64,000 bases of DNA from Chamaesiphon sp. (lineage in GTDB: Bacteria > Cyanobacteriota > Cyanobacteriia > Cyanobacteriales > Chamaesiphonaceae): positions 1 to 64,000 of the forward strand of contig CBDFFH010000035.1 in assembly GCA_965246715.1 (NCBI GenBank), given 5' to 3'. Below are positions 43,586 to 54,123 of this stretch, one piece after another (the stretch's first letter is position 1; every line of letters begins with the position of its first letter). The translations under genes and the position numbers were made by a program. Under the pieces are notes generated by a model, which saw only the letters and a program-made list of their open reading frames with translations, ran no database searches and had not been told where the DNA came from.

Positions 43586-44416
43586 ATGGAAATTGCAATT
43601 TTGAATAAGTCTGAAGGTAAATGGGCGTTTACAGGTTTAGCAGACATACTATGTAAATCACTGTGGGTAGATGTAAGTGAAGAGGCCAAACAGCTAAACT
43701 ATGTTCTTTGTATTGGTTCGGATGACATAAATACTTGTACGAACAGCTTTATTCCTCTCGATTCAATAAAGATAGCTTCTGACAAAAGGAAGATAGAGAA
43801 AAGATTTTTATCACACAATGTTAAAAGACCAAGAACGTTTATCTTAGAATCATTAATTGATGTTAAATTGTTGTTGGACAAACATTCTGAATACTGCTGG
43901 ATATTAAAATATCCGATTGGTTGTGGAGGAATGCACCATCGCATTATTAAAGATGTAGATCAAATTCCAGAAGCATGGGAAAGACCATTTTTAATTCAGG
44001 AGTTTATTGAATGTAGTTTGCCAGAAGTTTATAGAGTTTATTGTATAGACGAAGATTTATTTGGTTTTAACGTGAGGCGATTTGATTCTGCCAACAATAC
44101 AAGTCCTTGGGTATCTCACGCCAATGGGGCTAGATATGTTTATGGAGAGAATGCTAGTAAAGATATGATTGAGGTTGCTAAAAAATCTCTAATTGCAACA
44201 GGCTTGTATAGTAGTTTTGGGGTTGTCGATTTAATAAAGGATATAAATGATAATTGGTACTCTCTTGAAGTAGGTACAGATGGAATATACAATTATGTTG
44301 ATCGAGATCTTGATAACAAGGATTTATTTGACGAAATAAATGAAAGGCTAGCTATTGCTTTTTGGAAAAGAGTTGGTTCACCTCCTTGGGGAAGATGTTG
44401 GCAATATAGGGATTGA
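43586..44416 (+). CDS. RimK-like ATP-grasp protein, AT-rich
   Basis: SDKR, ILKYPIGCGG, FLIQEFI, YRVY, SHANGA and VDLI..SLEV fit an ATP-grasp layout. Confidence 0.7.
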   Translation: MEIAILNKSEGKWAFTGLADILCKSLWVDVSEEAKQLNYVLCIGSDDINTCTNSFIPLDSIKIASDKRKIEKRFLSHNVKRPRTFILESLIDVKLLLDKHSEYCWILKYPIGCGGMHHRIIKDVDQIPEAWERPFLIQEFIECSLPEVYRVYCIDEDLFGFNVRRFDSANNTSPWVSHANGARYVYGENASKDMIEVAKKSLIATGLYSSFGVVDLIKDINDNWYSLEVGTDGIYNYVDRDLDNKDLFDEINERLAIAFWKRVGSPPWGRCWQYRD

Positions 44417-44447
44417 TAATGTAATCATTCACTTGTAAGAAGATATT

Positions 44448-44759
44448 TTAGTTTGTTGTTGAACTTATTTTTCGTCTTTTAACATATTTTGCAATACAGT
44501 CTTCCATTGTTTTTCCATCGTCTAGATAAAACACTCTGCCATCCTTTTTTTCTACAACGATAGTAGGTATTCCTATTATTATATAAGATCTTTCTCTGCT
44601 GTTAACCCATCGTTCATCTTGACAGATAAAAATCCATCCCCAATCTTTTTCAATTACCGTATCTTCTACAATTAATATTTCATCCTTATTGCTATAATTT
44701 ATAAACTCTGCGTATATGTGCTTAATAGCAATTTCTCTTGCATCATGATAATCAACCAT
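44448..44759 (-). CDS. Immunity protein, YrhB/Imm35-like
   Basis: EKDWGWIF and IVVEKKDG; immediately downstream of the papain-fold toxin. Confidence 0.72.
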   Translation of the reverse strand: MVDYHDAREIAIKHIYAEFINYSNKDEILIVEDTVIEKDWGWIFICQDERWVNSRERSYIIIGIPTIVVEKKDGRVFYLDDGKTMEDCIAKYVKRRKISSTTN

Positions 44760-44776
44760 AAATATTAGCCAATAGT

Positions 44777-45480
44777 TTAGTTTGTTCTTAATAAACCTAA
44801 ATTCTTGAAACTTGATGGATCGGCAAATCGACCATTTTGACCATCAATGAAAACAATGTTTCCATTTTTGTTGACGACATTAAAGACATGCCACTCACCA
44901 TTAGGTCTTTGCCCTAACATTATACCTCTTGCTCTGTCTGCTGATATTAGAGACTCAATATGTTTTGGTGTTTGAACATCAATAAAATCACGTCCATAAA
45001 ATTCTTCCAAATTTAAAAAAGGTTCGCCACTCCTATTGGGCAATGCTGATCGTGGATACCCTCCATTTAAAATATCATCAACTGCAATCGCACAGTTAAC
45101 ACAATTCATGTTTCTACGATGACGACCAATTATAGTTGGAGGCCCTGGATAATGAGGATTAACTCTTAAATCCTTAGGTATTCTCATCCCAGCTTCAGCT
45201 TGCCCCGTACCTGCGATACGGTTCCCACCCATAAGCCGCTCCCAAACAGCCTCAGTCTTCTGGGCGATGGTATTACGAGCATTACTCAGGAATCGACCGC
45301 TAGCATCACTCACCTGACTCCAAACATTCTCACCAACAGAAGTAGCCTTATTTAACCAGTTCGATGCTTGCTGAGTGACATTACCCCAAATATTCTCAGC
45401 AGCCGAACTAGCCTTAGTTAAATACGGAGCTGCTTTTTGACTAGCACTACTCCAAGCATTCTCAACCGCCCCAATCTTCC
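44777..45480 (-). pseudogene. Orphan RHS C-terminal tip with papain-fold (Tox-PL) toxin
   Basis: NCVNCAIA, WHVFNVV and FIDGQ catalytic pattern, preceded by the shared W-repeat linker; cut upstream by an IS remnant. Confidence 0.8.
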
Positions 45481-45489
45481 CAAATCGAT

Positions 45490-46129
45490 CTCCCCGCGAC
45501 TGCCCACCGTCCAGCTCGAAAGACTAAATTGGCGATCCGATTTGCACAAGTTCAACTGAGAACGGCCTATCGGTTTGACAATCGTGACCCCATCAATGTC
45601 TACGCTGTCTATGCCACCGAAATCGATTGCCCAGAGGGTGAAACCCCACTGGAATGGATGCTATTGACAACCGAAGTTGTGGATACTATTGAGATGGCGG
45701 CTACGAGCTTGCGTTGGTATACTTACCGTTGGCGGGTTGAAGAGTATCACAAAATTTTCAAGTCTGGCTGTCAGAGTGAACGCTACCGATTGGCTGCTGT
45801 TGGCATGAAGACCATGTTGGGATTTTTAAGTGTCATTGCTGTTGAATTGCTACATGTCACCTATCTTCATCGCACTCATCCCGATGCTCCAGCAATAGAA
45901 ATTCTCAATCCCATTCAGCTCGAAGTTTTAAAGGCTCGGGCATCCCAACAGCTTCCATCCAATCTCACAGTTGCTTGGGCGGTGGCATCTGTTGCTGCTC
46001 TGGGTGGTTATCTCGAACATCGGCGTAAGACTCCTATCGGTATCCAAGTTCTCTGGCGTGGTTGGCTAAAACTACATGACCTTTGCCAAGGCTGGCAGCT
46101 TGCTAGAGGCACTTAACGTGAAAAGTCAG
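45490..46129 (+). mobile_element. IS4-family (IS50/Tn5-like) transposase 3' remnant
   Basis: LEWMLLTT, WYTYRWRVEEYHKIFKSGC and LGGYL..LWRGW; end reads CTGACTTTTCACG on the minus strand, similar to IS50 ends. Confidence 0.85.
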
Positions 46130-46440
46130 GTCACCAAACTGCTCCTCACGATACCGATCGGTATAGCCAGTTTCGAGCAGGTTGCCAACTTTGTCGTAGT
46201 CGTATGTGAAGCTGACTGTGAGTGCGGCGGCACTACTGCGGTCTTCGCGAATCAGCAGGTCGGTGTCGTCGTAGGTATAGTTGTAGTGGCGGGTACCGTC
46301 CGCAGCACTGGTGAGGTTGCTGTTTTGGTCGTAGGTGTAGGTAAATTGTTTGTTACCACTTACCCAGGTTTCGGTGTTGACGCGGTTGAGGTTGTCGTAA
46401 ATGTAAGCGGTGGTGCGGTTGTTGCGGTCTGTGGCTGATG
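46130..46440 (-). pseudogene. Mosaic RHS/YD remnants
   Basis: 46130-46169 matches about 53407-53446; 46251-46297 matches about 50150-50197; encodes YIYDNLNR and YTYDQNS. Confidence 0.7.
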
Positions 46441-46498
46441 CACTAAAAATATGCTAGTTTAAAGAAACACCCCTTTTTAGTTGTGTTTGATTTTCCTG

Positions 46499-46940
46499 AT
46501 GTCCATTCCACCATTCAATGAACTTGGGTACCTACCACCAGGGATTTATGAGACTTCTTGGCTTGAATTGATGGAACGCTTCGCTATCAATCCGCAGCGA
46601 CAGCGTTTAGCAACGGGTCTAGCCGCAGCTTTACGGAAGTTGGCAATTGCTGGTTGCCGCAGAGTTTCAATCGGTGGCAGCTTTGTGACTAGCAAAGAAT
46701 ATCCCAACGATTTTGATGGTTGGTATGAAAGCTTTGGTTTGGATCTTGACATTCTCGTTGGCGTAGCCTACCGGAGGTAATCCGCTGTTTTTGGAAGATG
46801 TCGAGTCTCAAATGGAAGTATTTGGGGGCACACTATTCAGCCCACCTAGCTACGAAGGATTTTTTCAAACAGACCGAGAGGGACGACCGAAAGGTGTGAT
46901 TGTCTTAGACCCCAAGGAAATGATTACTCAGCGAGGATGA
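46499..46940 (+). pseudogene. Minimal nucleotidyltransferase (DUF6932-like) frameshifted by a 22-nt insertion at 46758-46779
   Basis: GYLPPG, GGSFVTSKEYPNDFD; removing the insert restores LDPLFL...FFQTDREGRPKGVIVL, ending in an ATGA overlap with the next gene. Confidence 0.8.
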
Positions 46941-47377
46941 CAGCCATGATTCAAAATGAACGTCAGTATCGAATCACTCAAACCAAGTTACGAGAGTTCG
47001 AGCAACAATTGGCGGATCTCGACCCTCAAGATCCCAATTTACACCCCCGACAAGCGATCGGTTGGACAAATAGTTACAATCTGACAATTCGCCAATTGAA
47101 GCAAGAACTGGCTGAATACGAACAACTTAAAAGTGGTAATATTTTAACTTTTGTATTGGGTTCGCTTAACGATCTACCTACTACCTTAATTAAGGCAAGA
47201 ATCTCGGCGGGGATGACCCAAAAGGAGTTGGCGGATAAAATTGGTGTTCGAGAGCAGCAGATTCAAAGGTATGAAGCTAGTTTATATAGTTCTGCTAGTT
47301 TCGATCGATTGCGATCGATCGCTAGTGCTTTGAATATTGAAATTACTCAAGCGGTCATGCAAGTTCAACAGGTGTAA
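46937..47377 (+). CDS. XRE-family HTH protein, probable antitoxin
   Basis: MIQNERQYRIT and LIKARISAGMTQKELADKIG..QQIQRYE. Confidence 0.85.
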   Translation: MTAMIQNERQYRITQTKLREFEQQLADLDPQDPNLHPRQAIGWTNSYNLTIRQLKQELAEYEQLKSGNILTFVLGSLNDLPTTLIKARISAGMTQKELADKIGVREQQIQRYEASLYSSASFDRLRSIASALNIEITQAVMQVQQV

Positions 47378-47593
47378 TTTGCATTTTAGCGATCGAGATC
47401 GCGATTGAATCTGGTAAAGTCGATCGAGAAAACATGCCGAAGTTGTTGCTCTGAATGGGTTTGCTCGTGGGCAGTGCCCACCCTACTGGGACGACACTTA
47501 ATTACGCGATCGATCCAATAAATCGAGATCGATCTAAAGCCACAAATTAAGATTTTACCTTTAGCTCAGTTAGACGAATTAGGTGAGACGTTG

Positions 47594-49036
47594 GTAAGCT
47601 CTCAATAAAAGCTGGCAGCCAAAAAAGCTGGTCGTGATAAAGACCAAAAATAAATGTACTCGCGAAAATAGTTTCCGAAAAAAGCCTAAATCGGAACGAG
47701 AATCTTCGCCGCAGCTTTAGCTCTAATCACATCGAACAATGATAGTACTTGCTCATTGCCATGTAATCTAGATGTGAGATAATTCCAAAACGAAATTCCT
47801 AACTTCCGGCAAGTCTTTTTCAAGCCAACGAATGTATCTCTAGCTTTTCTGCCTAGTTCAGAGCGTGTGCCGCCACTAATTTTCCGGCGAGTGACATATT
47901 CTCTAATATCGGTTTCTGCCGCATTGTTATGTAAGGGGAATTCTGGGCAATCTAGTACCTGTAGTAGTTCAATCTTATGATTTCTGATTTGATTAAGGAC
48001 ACCATTTAATAGCCCGTGACGAATATAACAACGCCCAAATACTTCATCAAATTTACTCTGTAAACTTAATGAAAATTCTCGGTTGTGCTGCTGTTGATAC
48101 TGTTTTAGCTCTTGATAGTAGTTCCACAACAATCCTTGCATTTCGATAATATTCTCTCGCTCTTGTTTATTATCACCCTCTAATTTTCTCAAACCTCTCT
48201 CAATATGAACCCAACACAATCCATGCTGCATCACATTAAATTGTCCCGCCCCGTCACTTACGATTCTCAATGCTTCACTTCTACCTACAATGTTCAAACC
48301 ACCTAACAGTGCTGCTTCCGTTAGTACTCGTACTGTTTTTACATTCTTTATTCCTTGAGACAATAGATGCTCATGCCATTCTTCTTTTGTCGTTGCTAAT
48401 GGCTCGTCCGAATAACTAATCTCATTTAGCTGTTTTTGCGGGAGCTGGTAGTTCTCCAAATATACTTTTGCCTCTTCATTTAATACATATCTTTCCTCTC
48501 CTGCTTGCAATATTTCTAAAAAGTTTTCTCGGCTCTTGGATTCACTGCTGTGGAAATACGCAAAGTCCTCATTGCCAATTACTGTGCAGTATCCATTTTT
48601 CCCGTTATGTCTTGCTCCAGTATCATCTGTATGGATGTATGTTGCTGTTTCTAGCCCTGCTTTTAATACCTGGTGTTGTTCTTGCTCAAATATTTGATGC
48701 TCTTCATTTAAGAGCCGATTTACTTGTCCTGTCGAAATGTCTATTCCCCATTCTCGGAGTTGCTCGTAAATCAATGGTTGTGGCACTCGGCACTGATAGT
48801 GCTGATACATCACATAACACACTAATCCTGGCCCGTAGTGTCTTCCTTGATATTCTGTGGGTAATTCTCCCCCCACTGTTTTTCCATCTGCTGTGATGTA
48901 CTCAGCTAACTGAAATCTGATGTTATGCCGCTTAATTATTAGCTCTTGTACATCGTATTATACTCATCTCTTTGTTAAACCAGATTTTTGCTCTTTTGGC
49001 AACCCCCTAATTTACCAGCGTTTATTGATACGTTAC
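47594..49036 (-). mobile_element. Internally deleted IS66-family element (transposase remnant 47686-~48950)
   Basis: Ends GTAAGCTCTCAATAAAAGCTGG / GTAACGTATCAATAAACGCTGG; HTDDTGARH, VSDGAGQF, LCWVH and LHNNAAE motifs; no TSD. Confidence 0.85.
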
Positions 49037-50245
49037 CTATATATCCAGTTTTTTCGTCAATACCCTCATATTTTATTCTTGTTTCTCCAGTAAAGTCATT
49101 GGATTGAGTTTCAATTTTCTTCCGATCTTTCCAAGCACTTTTCACAGTTTTCCTAATTTCATTATCGCTCAATCCATAAAAAATATCTTTTTTACTTTTT
49201 AGAGCAACTGCACCCCTTTCACTGTGATTCTTATAGATGTGAGTCCAATCAATTTCTTTTGCCGCAGGACCACAAATATTATGAACAAGCAGACCTAGAT
49301 CTGAAACAAAATAAGTATGGAAACCTGCTACCTCAAAATTATAAACCGTAGCCAACCCACCATGCAGCTCGACCCGATCGATATCCAACCACGACTCAGT
49401 TTTAGTCTGCAGATGCGTCCCAGCATGTAAATCCTTCGCCGCTACCCAACCCACATCCGGCACCCAAAACGGATGCTCCTCAGTAGTGGTAATCTTCTCC
49501 CCACCAATGTAAATATCGACAAACTTAGTCGTATCGTGAGCGAACGTCTGAAGCACCTGCTTATACTCGCTCTCCCCAGGCGTATACGGGTCATCAGATA
49601 ACACCCAATCCCCAACATGAATATCCTCAATATTTTTGGTACCATCGAGAGTTTGAATCTCAGTCCCAGCGATAAAACAATTCTGGGTAATCTTTCTCCA
49701 AAAATCACTGGCAACAGAAGTAGCCTTATTTAACGAGTTCGATGCTTGCTGACTAACATTACCCCAGATATTCTTAACAGCCGAACTAGCCTTAGTTAAA
49801 TATGGAGATGCTTTTTGACTAACACTATTCCAAGTATTGTATTGGTAGTTATAGATCCCATCGGTGGTGAGTTGATTATTTACTCCAGGTACGTTCCCGC
49901 CACTGATGCGATTGCCATTGGCATCGTAATTATAGGCTTCGGTATTACTCTCTGTAACTGTTTTAACTTGGTCGATGTTGTCGTAGCTAATCAGTCGATT
50001 GACACCATCTTTAGTCTCAGATATCAACCGACTGAGGTTGTCAAAGCCATAGATACTATCGGCAATGATGCTAGTACCGTTGGTTTGTTTAATCTCGATG
50101 CGGCGACCGTAGGGGTCGTAAGTGTTATCGGTGGTGAGGATGGGTGTGGATCAGCAGGTCGGTGTCGTCGTAGGTATAGTTGTAGTGGCGGGTACCATCG
50201 TCGGCACTAGTCAGGGTGCTGTGGTTGTTGGCATCGATCGTTCTG
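49037..50245 (-). pseudogene. RHS remnant + linker + pretoxin HINT domain + toxin tip truncated by IS66
   Basis: YNYDANGNR; CFIAGT...VYNFEVAGFHTYFV..LLVHN; basic tip with HIYKNH. Confidence 0.82.
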
Positions 50246-50367
50246 ACGATTTTGCCGATCGCATTCTAGTCACTTTTACAATTTATCGATTGCACTACCT
50301 GAAAGCATTTTAGATATAATTCATCTTCAATCGATGCTAAAGTACTAATAAGTATTCAGTTGTTTCT

Positions 50368-51198
50368 ATGCGTCGCGACTCAATTTTTTATCAATTATTT
50401 CGTCAATCTCCGACTCTATTATTTGAGTTGTTACCGCAGCGTCCAAATAATTCTCAACAGTATACTTTTGAAGCAATTGAGGTAAAGGAAACTTCTTTTC
50501 GGACAGATGGTGTGTTTCTACCACCCGATCCATCAGGAGTCGTTTATTTTTGTGAAGTCCAATTTCAACATGATGAGTTGTTATATGAACGACTACTGAG
50601 TGAGATTTCAATTTATACTTATCGCAACCGAGAACGATTTACTAATTGGCAAGCGGTGGTAATTTATCCGACTCGAACTATGGAGCAATCGCGTACTGAA
50701 ATGGTACGGGAGATGTTAGAGAGCGGACGGATTAGGCGAGTATATTTAGATGAGTTGGGGGAGGTGGAAGATTTACCAACTGGTTTGGGTTTGATGGTGT
50801 TGACGACGCTGGAGGGGAATAGAGCTACCTCTGAGGCGATCGGTTTAATCGATCGGGCACAAGGCAGTAGGGCTATAATAGATTTAGTTTCAACGATTAT
50901 TGTTTATAAGTTTAGTAATCTGAGTAGAGATGAGGTGGATATGATGTTAGGAATTGAGTTGCAGCAGACGCGGGTGTATCGGGAGGCTGAGGAGCAGGGA
51001 AATGTTAAGGGTCGTCAAGATGAGGCTCAAGGTTTAATCTTACGGTTGTTAAATCGACGGGTGGGGAATATACCGATCGATCTAGAAGCCAGAATCAAAA
51101 CACTACCTCTGGCACAATTAGAAGAATTGGGCGAGGCGTTGTTAGATTTTAGTCAGATGGGTGATTTGGTTGCTTGGTTGGATGGCGATCGAGTATAG
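50368..51198 (+). CDS. Rpn-family PD-(D/E)XK protein (DUF2887 + DUF4351)
   Basis: DSIFYQLF, EVKETSFRTDGVF, EVQFQ and C-terminal LEELGEALLDF..LVAWL. Confidence 0.88.
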   Translation: MRRDSIFYQLFRQSPTLLFELLPQRPNNSQQYTFEAIEVKETSFRTDGVFLPPDPSGVVYFCEVQFQHDELLYERLLSEISIYTYRNRERFTNWQAVVIYPTRTMEQSRTEMVREMLESGRIRRVYLDELGEVEDLPTGLGLMVLTTLEGNRATSEAIGLIDRAQGSRAIIDLVSTIIVYKFSNLSRDEVDMMLGIELQQTRVYREAEEQGNVKGRQDEAQGLILRLLNRRVGNIPIDLEARIKTLPLAQLEELGEALLDFSQMGDLVAWLDGDRV

Positions 51199-51452
51199 GA
51201 ATTAGGTCGATATTGTCGATCGCCTCTGAGTAAATAGCAATCGAGTGTCTAATTCCGATCGATCGAATCGAATCTTTGGGTGAAGACCTATTAGATTTTA
51301 CTTCGATGTCAGATCTAGAAGCTTGGTTGAATCAAAATTGACGATCGATCCGAGCAAGAGATCTCATTTATATTCAACAGTAATAGCGATAGCGAAGCGC
51401 TGACGAAAGCAGGTCGAATTATCACCTTCGATCTCGTAGCGTAGGCCAAGCC

Positions 51453-51614
51453 TAGGCTGTTGACTTTGTGGGTTTTTGGGTGATTTACCAGAAAATTATC
51501 TGTGTTATTTTTGTTTGCTGGAGAATGGCTGTTCCAGCCATTCTCCAGCAAACGCGACCGATCCAAAAACTGCATGAACTCTTACGGGCTAAAGGGTATA
51601 GAGTCAACAGCCTA
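51453..51614. mobile_element. 162-bp MITE with TIR TAGGCTGTTGACT and flanking repeat ggccaagcc
   Basis: Absent from the paralogous empty site at 43216-43238. Confidence 0.85.
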
Positions 51615-51883
51615 GGCCAAGCCTAATCGCTCCAAATAAACACGATCGAATCTTATCAGCCAAGATCGATCGAATCATAAGAATATTAGCGATCGAATCT
51701 AACAGCCAGATCTTTACAATGCGATCGAATCACATCAATATTAGCGATCGAGTATAGAAGAACAATCGATTCAGCAAATAACGATCGAGTTAATTCATCA
51801 AGATCGAGAGAACATGCCAAAGTTGTTGCTCCGCGCAAGCTTGTCTGTGGGCATCTGCCCACCCTACTGGCTCCGCACTCCCT

Positions 51884-52393
51884 CTAAATAGTTGCATCTG
51901 AGACTTCAGTTAGTGTAAATCCAGTACAACCGTTACTAACAAGCTCATCACCAATAAAGCTAGCTATACACAAAAAACATGTGTTGCCCATGATAAAAAG
52001 TTTGTGTATATCTGTATCGATAGAATAAGAAACTAATTTATCTAAAGATCTTATTTCTGTCGGCGCAGATGCAAAGCATTCATATATTGACTCTTCATAG
52101 TTGATACATTCTATTTCTTCAAGAACTTGCATAATATAAAAACTGCATTTTATATATTTTTCTTCATTCCATATAAATGTAACGGGCGAAAAAGTTGCTT
52201 TTATACCCTCATATTTTTTTAATACATTAATAATATTATCTGAAACTAACATTAATTGTCCATATTCCATAAAATCATTAGGTGGATTTTTGCCACTCAT
52301 TACGAAGGTAGCCTCTGCAATTCCAATCCCCTCTAAGTACTCTTTACTATCAATCATCCATGAGCAATCTTGCTCTAATATTTTAAATTTCAT
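51884..52393 (-). CDS. Immunity protein, Imm11/DUF1629-like
   Basis: LVSDNI, IECINYEES and GCTGF pattern; downstream of the AHH toxin. Confidence 0.68.
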   Translation of the reverse strand: MKFKILEQDCSWMIDSKEYLEGIGIAEATFVMSGKNPPNDFMEYGQLMLVSDNIINVLKKYEGIKATFSPVTFIWNEEKYIKCSFYIMQVLEEIECINYEESIYECFASAPTEIRSLDKLVSYSIDTDIHKLFIMGNTCFLCIASFIGDELVSNGCTGFTLTEVSDATI

Positions 52394-52494
52394 AATTACT
52401 TCTTCTTTCTATTAATTCAAACAATAGTAGTCAATTTAGATATTTCATCCATAGCTAATTATTTTAACGTCAAAAATTAATGTGGGTCATTTGA

Positions 52495-54123
52495 TTACAA
52501 CTTAACATTTTTGTTGCTAATATCATAGTGTATCCGATCCTCTATTTTCTCAATACTAGACAATAAATCCGACTCTTTAATTGCTCCTTTATCAAATGCA
52601 TTTTGTAATTTATTGATTTGTTTGCTAACATATTTATAGTAGCTCGGAAGATGTCCTCCACTATGTAGAAGAAGATTTCTTGTTGCAGCAACACCTCTAT
52701 CAGTAGGCAAGCCTATAAGATTAGATCCGCGATTGATATCATACCCTAATTTTTTTGCTGCTAGTCTCATAACAGGGAAATTCTGTGCCACATGTATAGG
52801 TATCATGTGATGTTTTGCGAATCCATTTTCTACAGGAAAGTGACTAAGAACTTTATCTCTTTCTAAGTTCTTGGTTATTTCGATCAAAGGACCACCAGTA
52901 GTGCCAGGTCGTTTATTTAATAAATTAGGTATGTAACTTCCATCACTCTGACGTATTCTGCCAAGAATGATACCACCACCTTCAGAAGACCACTTAGGAT
53001 CTCTTGCCTGCTGAATAGCCCATTTACGCAATGAGTCGGATGCTTTTTGACTAGCACTATTCCAAACATTCTCACCAACAACAGTAGCTTTCGCTATGGC
53101 ATTCTCAACAACCCTAATCTTACCAAGCTGTCTAGCGATCGGACCCAGTAACGGAGCGAAAGTCGCCACCGTCTCCACATAACTCCACGGATTACTCCAA
53201 TCCATCTTGCCATCAATAATCTTCGTCGTAGTATCGTAAGAACCCTTCCCTACCTGAGTAATCGTATAACCTTGAGCGATGCGCCCACCCAAACCAACTT
53301 TACCGAGCAGTGCTTGAGGAGTCAGCACGCCCAGCACAGTAGTAATCCCAAACCCCAAAGATTGACCCAGAGCATATTCAAAACTATCACTCTGTCCAGC
53401 AATCTTGTCACCAAACTGCTCCTCACGATACCGATCGGTATAGCCACCCGTCGCGAAACCAGCAAGACCCGCCACAACTCGATCTGTAGTGACCAGTCCA
53501 CCATAAGCATAGTCTCCGACTGTTTGGGCGATACTTGCAGCACTTTGAGAAATACTTTGAACGGTATTATTTACAACCCGACCAGCATTATTCCAAGCCT
53601 GTTGGACATTCCGGACACCAGTATTCCAAGCATCCTCCAACCACGATGCCATCCCAGAAGGATTGGTAGCCAGCGTCGAACTATTGCCAACATAGGGATA
53701 GAGATTCGTATCCCCAGCCCCAAACCCCATCGGGTCTACACTGATAAACACCCCATTGGCTGGGTCGTAATATCTGGCGCGATAATAATCCAACCCACTC
53801 TCAAGATCCCGTTCCCGTCCCGTATATCCATACCGGAAACTCACACTGGGATTCGTCTCACTCAACACCCGTCCGAAACTATCGAACGCTCGTTGGTTGT
53901 CAAAGCTATAGGTACTATCGGCAATGATTCCAGTACCGTTGGTTTGTTTAATCTCGATGCGGCGACCGTAAGGGTCGTAGGTGTTATCGGTGGTGAGGAT
54001 GGATGTGGTAGTTGCGCCGAGATACCGCTCGACTTTGGTATTTTGACCTTGGGGATCGTAGGTGAAGTTGACGCGCTTGGCGGTCAGTCCTGCACCAGAT
54101 TGGAGGATCTCGGTTGCTAATGA
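52495..54123 (-). pseudogene. Orphan RHS-associated core + AHH (HNH/EndoVII-fold) nuclease toxin, lacking N-terminus and native start
   Basis: YTGRERD.ESGLDYYRARYYDP, DPMG, NLYPYV; toxin AKHHMIP, DINRGSNLIGLP, HSGGH. Confidence 0.85.

Noticed and set aside
41826..51867. Recurring repeat as a CRISPR array
   Set aside because: Copies are kilobases apart with genes between them; no regular spacers and no cas genes.
53272..54120. 282-aa plus-strand ORF (also 46076-46438 and 49815-50210)
   Set aside because: Antisense shadows of RHS coding sequence.
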